DNA from: Anaerolineales bacterium
GTDB lineage: Bacteria > Chloroflexota > Anaerolineae > Anaerolineales > DRKV01
Assembly (NCBI GenBank): GCA_034429745.1
Contig: DAOUFY010000014.1
Coordinates: 23,538 to 87,537, forward strand
Length of the DNA stretch: 64,000 nt
Direction of reading: 5' to 3'
Every line of letters starts with the position of its first letter. The stretch's first letter is position 1. Below are positions 50,716 to 59,349 of this stretch, piece by piece. The notes below the pieces were generated by a model, which was not told the DNA's origin, did no database searches, and worked only from the letters and a program-made list of their open reading frames with translations. A program made the translations under genes and the position numbers.

Positions 50716-50818
50716 ATTAGATTGCTCTTGGCATAAATGTTGCAACAAAAAGGTTACTTCAGCCTTGCGCTTTGCAGGGTGATCTCGCTGCAGGGTATTT
50801 TTATGTTAGGAGTGAAAT

Positions 50819-50911
50819 ATGATGCGTACAAAACAAACCGATTTGCAAATGTTTGTGGGTGTCTTGATATTAATTACCATCCTCATATCAGTATTATTGC
50901 CTTATCGGTAA
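50819..50911 (+). CDS. Candidate 30-aa hydrophobic micro-protein (MMRTKQTDLQMFVGVLILITILISVLLPYR)
   Basis: AGGAG at 50808-50812 lies 6 nt before the ATG. Single predicted TM helix. Not in the supplied ORF track because it is under 60 aa. No other support. Confidence 0.25.
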   Translation: MMRTKQTDLQMFVGVLILITILISVLLPYR

Positions 50912-51057
50912 TAGGTGGACACTAAAGCCTTATGTTCAAGATGCATGCTATTTCATACGACATACTGCAAGCGCGTTTATCAGCAAGGAGAAGTAATTGC
51001 ATGTTTACATGCAGCCTAGATTTTGACATTTGAAAAGACTACATGATAGGAGCCAAG

Positions 51058-54000
51058 ATGAAGATTCATCCCTCATTCAAACAACTTTTCATTAGTGCAA
51101 TGATGTTGTGCGCCTTAATGGTGATGCTCATCCCGATGCAAAAGGGAATGGCGCAGTACGTTCAACATTCTGCCGCGGTAGAGCCAACTCCATTGCCTAT
51201 AGTAGTGCCCGACGCGGTAAAGGATAAAATTGAACCTGCTGTTATCCAAAGTTTTTCAGAAACTCCACAAAAGTTGGTTTCGGTGATTATTCAGCTGAAG
51301 GATAAGGCTGACCTGGAATCAATTGTGGATAGAAGAGATAGCAAAAGTTTGAATGAGGTTAAGCTTCATCGGGAAGAAGTTGTTCAAGCTCTAAAGGAAA
51401 CTGCTGCGCGCAGTCAGGCGCCGGTATTGGCTTTGCTCAATCAAGGTGTTCAGGCTCAAGAGGTGTCGAAGGATGTTGTATCCTTTTTTATTATCAATGC
51501 TATTGCTGCAACTATTAATCAAGACATGCTCGTTAAACTGGCTGAGTTACCTCAAGTGGAGCATATTTATCCAGATGTTGTGATTCAAATACCGCCTGAG
51601 GAAATGAAAGCCATACAAGTGAGCGACAATGATGTAGATGTGAGCGGGGTTGCTTGGGGTGTAGCTAAAATACGCGCAGACAAAGTTTGGAATGAATTGG
51701 GCATCACCGGCAAGGGTATTGTGGTTGGCAGCATTGATACCGGGGTTGACCGCGATCATCCGGCGTTGAAAGATAAGTATCGCGGCAATCGAACATATCA
51801 GGTATATAGTTTTCATGATTTTGTGGATATGAAGCCTATCCCTTATGATGATCATGGGCATGGGACTCATGTAATGGGAATAATCATGGGCGATGGCGGA
51901 GAGATGCAAAAAATTGGCATTGCACCCGGCGCAGAATGGATTGCTGCTAAAGCCATTGATGCTCAGGGATATGGTTTTGGACGTACATTGTTGATGGCAA
52001 TGGAATGGATCATGGCTCCGGAAGGGGTTGCACGGCTTGCCCCGGATATTGTCAGCAACTCCTGGGGAGGGACCTGTGATTCAAGGGATGTATTTTTTCG
52101 CCAAGCTGTTCAAAGTTGGCGTGCAGCCGGCATTATTCCAGTGTTTTCAGCCGGAAACCGAGGTCCTAAAGAAGCTACAGTGGGTTCGCCAGGTTGTTTT
52201 CCGGAAGCTATTGCAGTAGGTGCCACCAATCAGGATGACCAAGTAACTGAATGGAGTAGCAGAGGGCCGGCTTTTAAAGATTTGCTCAAGCCGGATTTCT
52301 CAGCCCCCGGCGACAAGATTCTCTCCAGCATTCCGCCTAAAGGTTATGCGAAGTTCAGCGGCACTTCTATGGCTGCTCCTGCAGTGAGCGGCTTAATCGC
52401 CCTGATGCTAGAGGCTAACCCGAATTTGTCTTTTGATCAAGTGGTGGAGATATTAAGTGAGACAGCAGTGGACTTGGGTAAAAGCGGTCCTGATTATGAT
52501 TATGGATACGGTCGGGTGGATGCTTACAAAGCTGTGTTAGCTAGCAAGGGCGAATCCGGCGGTTATGAGCTGATTGCCCCGCAAGGAAACATTTCTGAAA
52601 AACAGCCAACCTATCAATGGAAAATTATTCCTGATGCTGAGAAGATTCAACTTAAAGTTGCTGCAAAGTCGGGTGAACAGGTACTCGCCGCTTGGTACAG
52701 TGCGGCAGATATATGCAAAGGGACAACATGCACGGTAAAACCTTCTAAGACATTGGAAAGTGGAGCTTATGAATGGCAGATCCAAGCTGCTACAGCACAA
52801 GAGGTAAAACCGTGGAGTGATGCGGTTGGCTTTACTGTTCAGGAAGCTCTTCTGCCTGCCCCCAAGCCAATTTCACCGCAGGGTAAAGCTAGTGAAAATC
52901 CTCCTCTCTTTGAATGGGAGGCTGTCGCGGCTGCAAAGAAATATCAGCTAAAAGTGCTAGATGATAGCGGTAAAGAGGCAGTCTCTGCTTGGTACAATGC
53001 AAGCGATATTTGCAATACAGCCCAATGTAAAGTAAAAATAAGTTCAACGCTACAGCAAGGCTCATACCGTTGGCAGGTGCAAGCAGCTGATGACAGTTCC
53101 ACTAGCTTATGGAGTGATGAGTTGAGTTTTAATATTGAGCAAAATCAGTCTCCTGCAGTGGAGCTTATCTCACCGGTGGGAGAAATTCAAGATCCTTCAC
53201 CGACCTACACGTGGAAAGCTGCTCAAGGGGCGAGCCGCTATCAACTGAATGTCCAAAATGAATCAAAGCAGGATATTATTTCTGCATGGTATGAAGCTGC
53301 TGCTATCTGCAATGCAGAGACATGTATGGTTAAAACTACCCAAACCTTGGCAGGCGGCTCTTATACTTGGCGAATTCAACCTGCGAGCGATTCATCGAAT
53401 GGTGAATGGAGTGCTCCGCTTGCTTTTAAGGTGATTTCAGCAGCACTTAGCTCTCCTCAGCCGCTTGCTCCGCAAGGAGAAATAGTAGAGAATCAGCCGG
53501 CATTTGTATGGAAAGCTGTCAATGGGGCAAGCGAGTATAAATTTAAGTTAAGCAAAGCTTCTGGTGAAAAGGTACTAACAACGTGGTATGCTGCAGCAGA
53601 TCTCTGTAAAGCTGACCAATGTTCAGTGCGACCAGAGGTAGTCCTTGCAGAAGAAACCTACCTTTGGCAGGTGCAGGCTAGTGCAGGCAATCAAAGCAGT
53701 GATTGGAGCAAAGAAATGCAATTCACGGTTAAAACTCCTCCTCCAACTGCGCCTCAGTTGATTGCTCCGCTGGGCGACATTAAAGAAACGCAGCCGCTGT
53801 TCCAATGGAAGTCTTCCAGAGGAACAAGCGAATATCGCTTAGTGATTAGTGGAGGTGGAGGAGATATCTTGCGGACGTGGTATAAAGCTCAGGATGTGTG
53901 CCAAGAATCCACCTGCAGTGTAAAACCTAACCTAACGCTGGAAAGCGGCACCTATACTTGGCAAGTTCAGGCTGCTGCACCGGGAAGCAATGCAGTATGG

Positions 54001-55128
54001 AGCGAAGCAGGCCGCTTTTCTGTGCAGCCTAGTGCCCCAGCGGTTCCTAGCGGTATTTTCCCGATGGAGCAGATAATTGAGGATCAGCCAATTTTCCGCT
54101 GGTCAGCTGTACAGGGAGCGGAAGAGTATCAATTGAAAGTGGTCAATGAGCAAGGCGGAATAAGCTTCAGCAAGTGGTACCGCCATAAGGATTTTTGCAG
54201 CGGAGCGGTTTGTTCAGCTAAGCTCTCAACGCGTTTGGATGTGGGCAATTATATCTGGCAGGTGCAGTCTTCTAACCTGAGTGGCAGCAGTGCTTGGAGT
54301 GAGGGTTTAAGATTCACCTTGCGTGAGCTTGCGCCGCAAGTAAAACAGCTTTTTGCGCCAAGCGGGAATATTAGTGAAGTGCTGCCTGTGTTTAAGTGGT
54401 CTGCTGTCGCGCGTGCTCTTGAGTATGAAATAAAAGTGAGTGATGCAAATCGACGCGTCGTACTCAATGGGCGATATGCAGCAGCAGATGTATGCTCTGA
54501 TGCTGTCTGTTCTACTCGTCTCACTATGGAGCTTCCGCCAGGGGCATATGAGTGGCAAGTACGTGCTTCAAGCAGCAGCGGAGCCGGCGCGTGGAGCACC
54601 GCCATTGCTTTTGTGATTAGTGAACCTCCGCTGCCGGCGGCCAATTTAATTGCTCCGCAGGGTGCTGTAAATCATTCTACGCCAAAATTTGAATGGTATT
54701 TTGTACCGAAAGCAACATCTTATCAGCTGAAAGTCAGCGGCCCGGCTGGCAGTACAGAGAGTGTATTCCAAATGAAATACAATGCAGATCAAATCTGCTC
54801 CGGAGCTCGTTGTTCCGTAAGCTTACCGATGCAGCTTGCTCAAGGCGATTATACTTGGCAAGTGATGACGGCAAATGCTACCAACACAGGAACTTGGAGT
54901 TGGGTGGCAAAATTCAGTGTTCAACCGCCGGCTTCCAGTCCAACTTCCATTGTTCAACCGACTGTCTCACCAACAGCCGCTCAATCCAATACCTATGTTG
55001 TTCAACCGGGCGATTCGTTAATCAACTTAGCGCGGCGTTGGGGTGTAAGTGTAGAGACGCTCAGCACCTTGAACAATATCCCCTATCCGTACATATTGCG
55101 GGCGGGGCAGGTTATTAAAAAGCCGTAA
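51058..55128 (+). CDS. Secreted S8 (subtilisin-like) serine protease with I9 propeptide, eight ~98-aa Cys-pair repeats and a C-terminal LysM
   Basis: ATG 51058 has AGGAG 5 nt upstream. Signal peptide present. Catalytic triad motifs GSIDTGVD, HGHGTHVMG and GTSMAAPAVSG. Repeats span 52567-54924. LysM (YVVQPGDSLINLARRWGVSVETLSTLNNI) spans 54991-55125. Confidence 0.9.
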   Translation: MKIHPSFKQLFISAMMLCALMVMLIPMQKGMAQYVQHSAAVEPTPLPIVVPDAVKDKIEPAVIQSFSETPQKLVSVIIQLKDKADLESIVDRRDSKSLNEVKLHREEVVQALKETAARSQAPVLALLNQGVQAQEVSKDVVSFFIINAIAATINQDMLVKLAELPQVEHIYPDVVIQIPPEEMKAIQVSDNDVDVSGVAWGVAKIRADKVWNELGITGKGIVVGSIDTGVDRDHPALKDKYRGNRTYQVYSFHDFVDMKPIPYDDHGHGTHVMGIIMGDGGEMQKIGIAPGAEWIAAKAIDAQGYGFGRTLLMAMEWIMAPEGVARLAPDIVSNSWGGTCDSRDVFFRQAVQSWRAAGIIPVFSAGNRGPKEATVGSPGCFPEAIAVGATNQDDQVTEWSSRGPAFKDLLKPDFSAPGDKILSSIPPKGYAKFSGTSMAAPAVSGLIALMLEANPNLSFDQVVEILSETAVDLGKSGPDYDYGYGRVDAYKAVLASKGESGGYELIAPQGNISEKQPTYQWKIIPDAEKIQLKVAAKSGEQVLAAWYSAADICKGTTCTVKPSKTLESGAYEWQIQAATAQEVKPWSDAVGFTVQEALLPAPKPISPQGKASENPPLFEWEAVAAAKKYQLKVLDDSGKEAVSAWYNASDICNTAQCKVKISSTLQQGSYRWQVQAADDSSTSLWSDELSFNIEQNQSPAVELISPVGEIQDPSPTYTWKAAQGASRYQLNVQNESKQDIISAWYEAAAICNAETCMVKTTQTLAGGSYTWRIQPASDSSNGEWSAPLAFKVISAALSSPQPLAPQGEIVENQPAFVWKAVNGASEYKFKLSKASGEKVLTTWYAAADLCKADQCSVRPEVVLAEETYLWQVQASAGNQSSDWSKEMQFTVKTPPPTAPQLIAPLGDIKETQPLFQWKSSRGTSEYRLVISGGGGDILRTWYKAQDVCQESTCSVKPNLTLESGTYTWQVQAAAPGSNAVWSEAGRFSVQPSAPAVPSGIFPMEQIIEDQPIFRWSAVQGAEEYQLKVVNEQGGISFSKWYRHKDFCSGAVCSAKLSTRLDVGNYIWQVQSSNLSGSSAWSEGLRFTLRELAPQVKQLFAPSGNISEVLPVFKWSAVARALEYEIKVSDANRRVVLNGRYAAADVCSDAVCSTRLTMELPPGAYEWQVRASSSSGAGAWSTAIAFVISEPPLPAANLIAPQGAVNHSTPKFEWYFVPKATSYQLKVSGPAGSTESVFQMKYNADQICSGARCSVSLPMQLAQGDYTWQVMTANATNTGTWSWVAKFSVQPPASSPTSIVQPTVSPTAAQSNTYVVQPGDSLINLARRWGVSVETLSTLNNIPYPYILRAGQVIKKP

Positions 55129-55142
55129 GTCGAGAAGTTTCT

Positions 55143-55262
55143 ATGGGTTTTCGCTTGTTTACTCGAGAAAATGGTGCGGCGTTATTATTTTGTCTTTTGG
55201 TGCTCTTGCTGATCATACTCACTGCTGAACAATCACCGCAGTGGATTTACCAAGGTTTTTAG
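55143..55262 (+). CDS. Candidate 39-aa single-TM micro-protein, in frame with and separated by one TAG from the MBOAT gene
   Basis: ATG 55143 .. TAG 55260-55262, followed directly by the MBOAT ATG at 55263 (TAGATG). Product MGFRLFTRENGAALLFCLLVLLLIILTAEQSPQWIYQGF. Weak purine-rich RBS. Confidence 0.3.
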   Translation: MGFRLFTRENGAALLFCLLVLLLIILTAEQSPQWIYQGF

Positions 55263-56705
55263 ATGCCGCTGGCACAAATCCTCTTCTTTTCCGTTGGAGC
55301 GCTGCTATTAGGATTAGTGCCTTATCGCAAGGTTAAACGAGGGGGGATGTTGTTATTCTCGCTGGCTGCACTATATATCCTTCAGCCAGCAACCCCTATT
55401 CGATATATGAGCTTTTGGCTGCCGACGGCTTCAATAGCTTTAGCGATATTAGGCTGGGCAGCCACACTTCCTTCAGAAAGGCCTTGGCGCCGAGTAAAAA
55501 AAGAAGATAGCTTAACCTTGTTTTTCATCTTATTGCTGGTGATCGGAGCAGCCGCCATGCAAGCTTGGGGTTACAGTCTGCCGGGAAGCTCCATGCAGTT
55601 CCCTCCACTTGAACATGTAGGCTTGGCAATAGGTATCTTATGCTTGATTGTGATCATCATGTGGCTGCTGGGTTTGTCTGCGCGCTTAGCTGTATGGCTG
55701 AGCTTTTTATTTATCCTTGGGCTAGTAGGGTTGTTTTTTATGTTGAAGACAGATGAAGTATCTGCCTTGATAAGTGCTTGGCTTCGTTATTTTAATCAGC
55801 AAGACCCTGCTTTAGCTAGCCCAACAGACCTGCGCTGGTTGGGCTTTTCATACTTAAGTTTTCGACTTATTCATACCTTGCGCGAGAGAGCAAAAGGCAA
55901 CTTAGCTACGCTTTCGCTACAGGAGTACTTTACATACATGCTTTTTTTCCCTGCCATCTCAGCCGGCCCGATTGATCGCCTTGATAGATTTGATAAGGAT
56001 TGGCAGCAGCTTCAACCTTTGGATGTTCAGCGCTTTTATATAGCCGGGCAGCGGCTGTTGTGGGGCTTGGTAAAGAAGTTTGTTCTAGCAGATAGTTTAG
56101 GCTTGGTTGCCCTAAACCAGCAAAATGCCCAGCAGGTAGGTTTAAGCGGCTGGCTGTGGGTGCTGACCTACTGTTATGCCTTTCAGCTGTATTTTGATTT
56201 TTCAGGCTATACAGATATTGCTATAGCTATGGGTGAATTCTTAGGCATTCATTTACCGGAGAACTTTCGCCGACCCTACCTGCAGAGCAATATAAGTACT
56301 TTTTGGAATTGCTGGCATATTAGCTTAACGCAGTGGTTTAGGGCGTATGTGTTTAATCCCCTAGCGCGCAGCTTGCGCAAACATCCATTTATACCAGAGT
56401 GGCTGGCAATTCTCATCTGTCAGAGTGCAACCATGCTGCTGATTGGGTTGTGGCATGGTGTCAGCGGCAATTATTTAATGTGGGGAATATGGCATGCATT
56501 TGGGTTATTTATTCACAACCGCTGGGCTGCTGTAATCCGCCCATTAAGTTTATGGCACAATGCTTCACCTTTTTGGCAAAAAGTTGGCAAAGGGGTTGGG
56601 ATATTCCTTACCTTCAATTATGTTGCCTTAGGCTGGGTATGGTTCAGCTTGCCGAGCGTCTCAGAGGCATGGCGCACCTTGCAAAAAATGTTCTTATGGG
56701 GGTAG
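55263..56705 (+). CDS. MBOAT-family membrane O-acyltransferase (AlgI/DltB/PatA-like)
   Basis: 480 aa polytopic protein. Conserved FWNCWHISLTQWFRAYVF and catalytic-His region LIGLWHG. Confidence 0.9.
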   Translation: MPLAQILFFSVGALLLGLVPYRKVKRGGMLLFSLAALYILQPATPIRYMSFWLPTASIALAILGWAATLPSERPWRRVKKEDSLTLFFILLLVIGAAAMQAWGYSLPGSSMQFPPLEHVGLAIGILCLIVIIMWLLGLSARLAVWLSFLFILGLVGLFFMLKTDEVSALISAWLRYFNQQDPALASPTDLRWLGFSYLSFRLIHTLRERAKGNLATLSLQEYFTYMLFFPAISAGPIDRLDRFDKDWQQLQPLDVQRFYIAGQRLLWGLVKKFVLADSLGLVALNQQNAQQVGLSGWLWVLTYCYAFQLYFDFSGYTDIAIAMGEFLGIHLPENFRRPYLQSNISTFWNCWHISLTQWFRAYVFNPLARSLRKHPFIPEWLAILICQSATMLLIGLWHGVSGNYLMWGIWHAFGLFIHNRWAAVIRPLSLWHNASPFWQKVGKGVGIFLTFNYVALGWVWFSLPSVSEAWRTLQKMFLWG

Positions 56706-56708
56706 CGG

Positions 56709-57851
56709 TTGAGTAAGGGGTATGTTTTTCGGGTGATTTTCAAGGGAATGCTACTGCTTCTCGCAGCTAACTTCATGTTTGCGGAAGTATATCCAATAAA
56801 CACGCTTGGTAAGATATCAATTTATGGATGGTTGATTCCGGCACGGCAACGGCTCCCTTACGGGGATGATCCTTCTAAAGCGTATAACCTAAATTTATAT
56901 AAACTCGAGGCGATGTTTGCTTCGCATGAGATTGCAGCAGCTATGCCTAAGTCAAAGGATGAATATCGAGTTATTCTGATTGGCGATTCATCTATTTGGG
57001 GCTATTTGCTCAAGCCAAGCGAGACGTTGGCAGCTTATATTAATTATGCACAGCTTAGTACAAAAGATGGAAGAATTGTCCGTGCCTACAATTTAGGGTA
57101 CCCAACCGTTTCCTTGATGAAGGATTTGCTTATTTTGTCTCATGCCATGCAATATCAGCCGGATATGATCCTTTGGTTTGTAACGCTTGAAGGTTTTCCG
57201 TATGCCAAGCAGCTGTCTTCTCCGATTGTGCAAAACAATGCTGAAGAGGTTCGCTGGCTGATCCGGAAATATGGGTTGAGTTTTAATGAACGCGATCCTC
57301 AATTACACTACTTGAATTATTGGGATAAAACCATTATCGGGCAGCGCCGCGAACTTGCCAACATTGTTCGCCTTCAACTATATGGAATAATGTGGGCGGC
57401 GACTGGAATTGATCAAGCCTATCCGCAGAAAATAACTTTGCGCGCAGAAGATCTTGAAGCAGACATTAGTTATTATGACTTAAAATCCCCTCTAAAACCT
57501 GAAGACCTTTCCTTTGATGTCATTCAGGCTGGGATAGAAATGGCAGGCAAACTTCCCTTGATTATTATCAATGAGCCCATTTTCATCAGCGAAGGCAAAA
57601 ACAGCCAAATCCGCTATAATGCGATGTACCCGCGCTGGGCGTATGATGAATACCGTGCCTTGTTAATTAAGGAATGTGAACGGCGCAGCTGGCATTGTTT
57701 GGATTTGTGGAATGCAATACCGGCGGATGAATTTACCAATACTGCTATTCATATCACGCCGCAGGGCAGCGCCGAGTTGGCTGTTGTGCCATTGCGATTC
57801 TTGCAGCTAAGCCTTCAGTTGACAGGGAAACTTTCGGACGATTTACCCTAG
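56709..57851 (+). CDS. Membrane-anchored SGNH/GDSL-like protein, putative extracytoplasmic partner of the MBOAT
   Basis: N-terminal TM. Block I ILIGDSSIWG. C-terminal block-V-like TAIHITPQGSAELA. TTG start 4 nt after the MBOAT stop (alternative ATG ~56746). Confidence 0.55.
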   Translation: MSKGYVFRVIFKGMLLLLAANFMFAEVYPINTLGKISIYGWLIPARQRLPYGDDPSKAYNLNLYKLEAMFASHEIAAAMPKSKDEYRVILIGDSSIWGYLLKPSETLAAYINYAQLSTKDGRIVRAYNLGYPTVSLMKDLLILSHAMQYQPDMILWFVTLEGFPYAKQLSSPIVQNNAEEVRWLIRKYGLSFNERDPQLHYLNYWDKTIIGQRRELANIVRLQLYGIMWAATGIDQAYPQKITLRAEDLEADISYYDLKSPLKPEDLSFDVIQAGIEMAGKLPLIIINEPIFISEGKNSQIRYNAMYPRWAYDEYRALLIKECERRSWHCLDLWNAIPADEFTNTAIHITPQGSAELAVVPLRFLQLSLQLTGKLSDDLP

Positions 57852-58235
57852 CTTCGTTGCAGTGCGGCAGGTCTCGCAAATGCCGAATAACACCAGATGA
57901 TTGGTCGTGATTTCATAATTATAGCGTTCGCCAATGCTTTTTAAGAAAGGATATACTATTTCATTTTCAATAGTGATCACTTTTCTGCAAGATTGACAAA
58001 CAAGGTGATGGTGAAGGCCTTGGTGAACAGCTTCATAGACGAGCGCACGGTCTCCCATATCCGAGACGGATATTTTGCCTTCATGTGCCAACCGTTCCAA
58101 AGCGCGATAGACGGTTGATGGGTTCAGAGCGGGCAGATTCTGGTGCAGTTGTTGATAGACTTCATGAGCAGATAAGTGTGTGCCGCTTTGTGCTAATAAA
58201 TTCAAAATCAGCAGCTCAACAGAACTTGTTTTCAT
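57843..58235 (-). CDS. Fur-family metalloregulator
   Basis: 130 aa. wHTH (STVYRALERLAHEG), metal-sensing HHHLVC, and two CxxC pairs (CQSC, CETC). Divergent from the ECF metal transporter operon. Confidence 0.85.
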   Translation of the reverse strand: MKTSSVELLILNLLAQSGTHLSAHEVYQQLHQNLPALNPSTVYRALERLAHEGKISVSDMGDRALVYEAVHQGLHHHLVCQSCRKVITIENEIVYPFLKSIGERYNYEITTNHLVLFGICETCRTATKLG

Positions 58236-58301
58236 ATAGCATCTCCCTAGCTAATTATATCCTAACTTAATAAAGATAGGATGAACAGCTTAATTCAAAT
58301 C

Positions 58302-58330
58302 TTTACAAATGCAAATATTTGCATTATACT
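58302..58330 (+). promoter_or_regulatory. Promoter of the ECF-transporter/lar operon with a perfect 18-bp palindromic operator filling the spacer
   Basis: TTTACA (58302-58307), 17 nt, TATACT (58325-58330). The palindrome AATGCAAATATTTGCATT occupies 58308-58325. On the minus strand, TATAAT (58323-58328) overlaps the same site. Confidence 0.55.
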
Positions 58331-58371
58331 TAGGGCATATTATTTTATTATTATTTTCACAAGGAGTGTTT

Positions 58372-59343
58372 ATGTTTTCTTCTCTTCCTCTCTCATCCCA
58401 ACCGATGCATATTCCAGATGGGTTTCTTTCAACGGTAATTTCTGTTGTTTTTTGGGTGTTAGCTATAGGTTTCATTGTAGTAGCTTTGCGAAACGTTCGC
58501 AGTGAGCTTGGAGACCGCCAAATCCCATTAATGGGCGTATTGGCAGCTGCAATTTTCGCCGGGCAGATGCTTAATTTCAGCATAAGCGGCGGCACTTCCG
58601 GACACTTGCTAGGCGTCGCCCTAGCTACCATTTTGGTAGGACCGTGGCAAGCGATGATTATTATGACAGCGGTAGTCTCGGTGCAGGCGCTTATCTTTCA
58701 GGATGGCGGCATTTTAGCTTTAGGAGCAAATATTTTTAATATGGCTGTAGTTGGTGTTTTTGTTGCCAACGGGGTCTATCACGCAATTCAACGACTGCTT
58801 AGTGGAAATCAGAAAGTTTTCTGGTTGAGCGGTTTTATTGCAGCTTGGGCTTCTATTGTTGTGGCATCATTTTCTTGTGCCTTGCAGTTGGCACTTTCAG
58901 GCACATCGCCGGCCTCCATTGCGGTGCCAGCTATGGTTGGTGTGCATGCTTTGATTGGCATTGGAGAAGGATTGATCACTGTAGCTGCCCTAGCCTTTCT
59001 GTATGCCACTCGCCGCGATTTGATCAGCGGAGGTGTTTCATCATCTCAAAGCACGCGTTCGTTGTGGATTGGTGGCATCATTATTGCTGCAATCTTGGCT
59101 ATCCTTTCACCGCTTGCCTCAACTCATCCAGATGGATTGGAATGGGTGGCTGAGCAGCATGGATTTATTGAGCGTGCTCAAGATGCTCTTTATTCCATCA
59201 TCCCAGATTATGTGATGCCAGGGGTGCCGGATGAGGCTTTGGCGACAATAATCGCCGGTTTAGTAGGTGTTGTGATAGTATTGTTGGTTGTGGTAGGTAT
59301 TGCTTTTTTGGAAAAACAAGGTGCACGCGCCGAAAAGGTTTAA
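58372..59343 (+). CDS. cbiM: ECF transporter substrate-capture component CbiM/NikM fused to a C-terminal PDGLE (CbiN/NikN-like) module
   Basis: AAGGAG lies 5 nt before ATG 58372. The metal-binding N-terminus motif MHIPDGFLS starts at residue 12. C-terminal segment has a TM, THPDGLEWV, then a second TM. Ni versus Co specificity cannot be read from the sequence. Confidence 0.8.
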   Translation: MFSSLPLSSQPMHIPDGFLSTVISVVFWVLAIGFIVVALRNVRSELGDRQIPLMGVLAAAIFAGQMLNFSISGGTSGHLLGVALATILVGPWQAMIIMTAVVSVQALIFQDGGILALGANIFNMAVVGVFVANGVYHAIQRLLSGNQKVFWLSGFIAAWASIVVASFSCALQLALSGTSPASIAVPAMVGVHALIGIGEGLITVAALAFLYATRRDLISGGVSSSQSTRSLWIGGIIIAAILAILSPLASTHPDGLEWVAEQHGFIERAQDALYSIIPDYVMPGVPDEALATIIAGLVGVVIVLLVVVGIAFLEKQGARAEKV

Positions 59344-59349
59344 GGAAAG

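Noticed and set aside
50737-50925. 62-aa ORF in the protease upstream region
   Set aside because: No RBS and an unremarkable sequence. The 30-codon ORF in another frame (50819-50911) has much better translation signals, although it is itself only a weak candidate.
54693-55118. 141-aa alternative-frame ORF at the 3' end of the protease gene
   Set aside because: It is nested in the repeat-8/LysM coding frame, which is supported by motif conservation. Its composition (C/S/R-rich) looks like frame-shifted noise.
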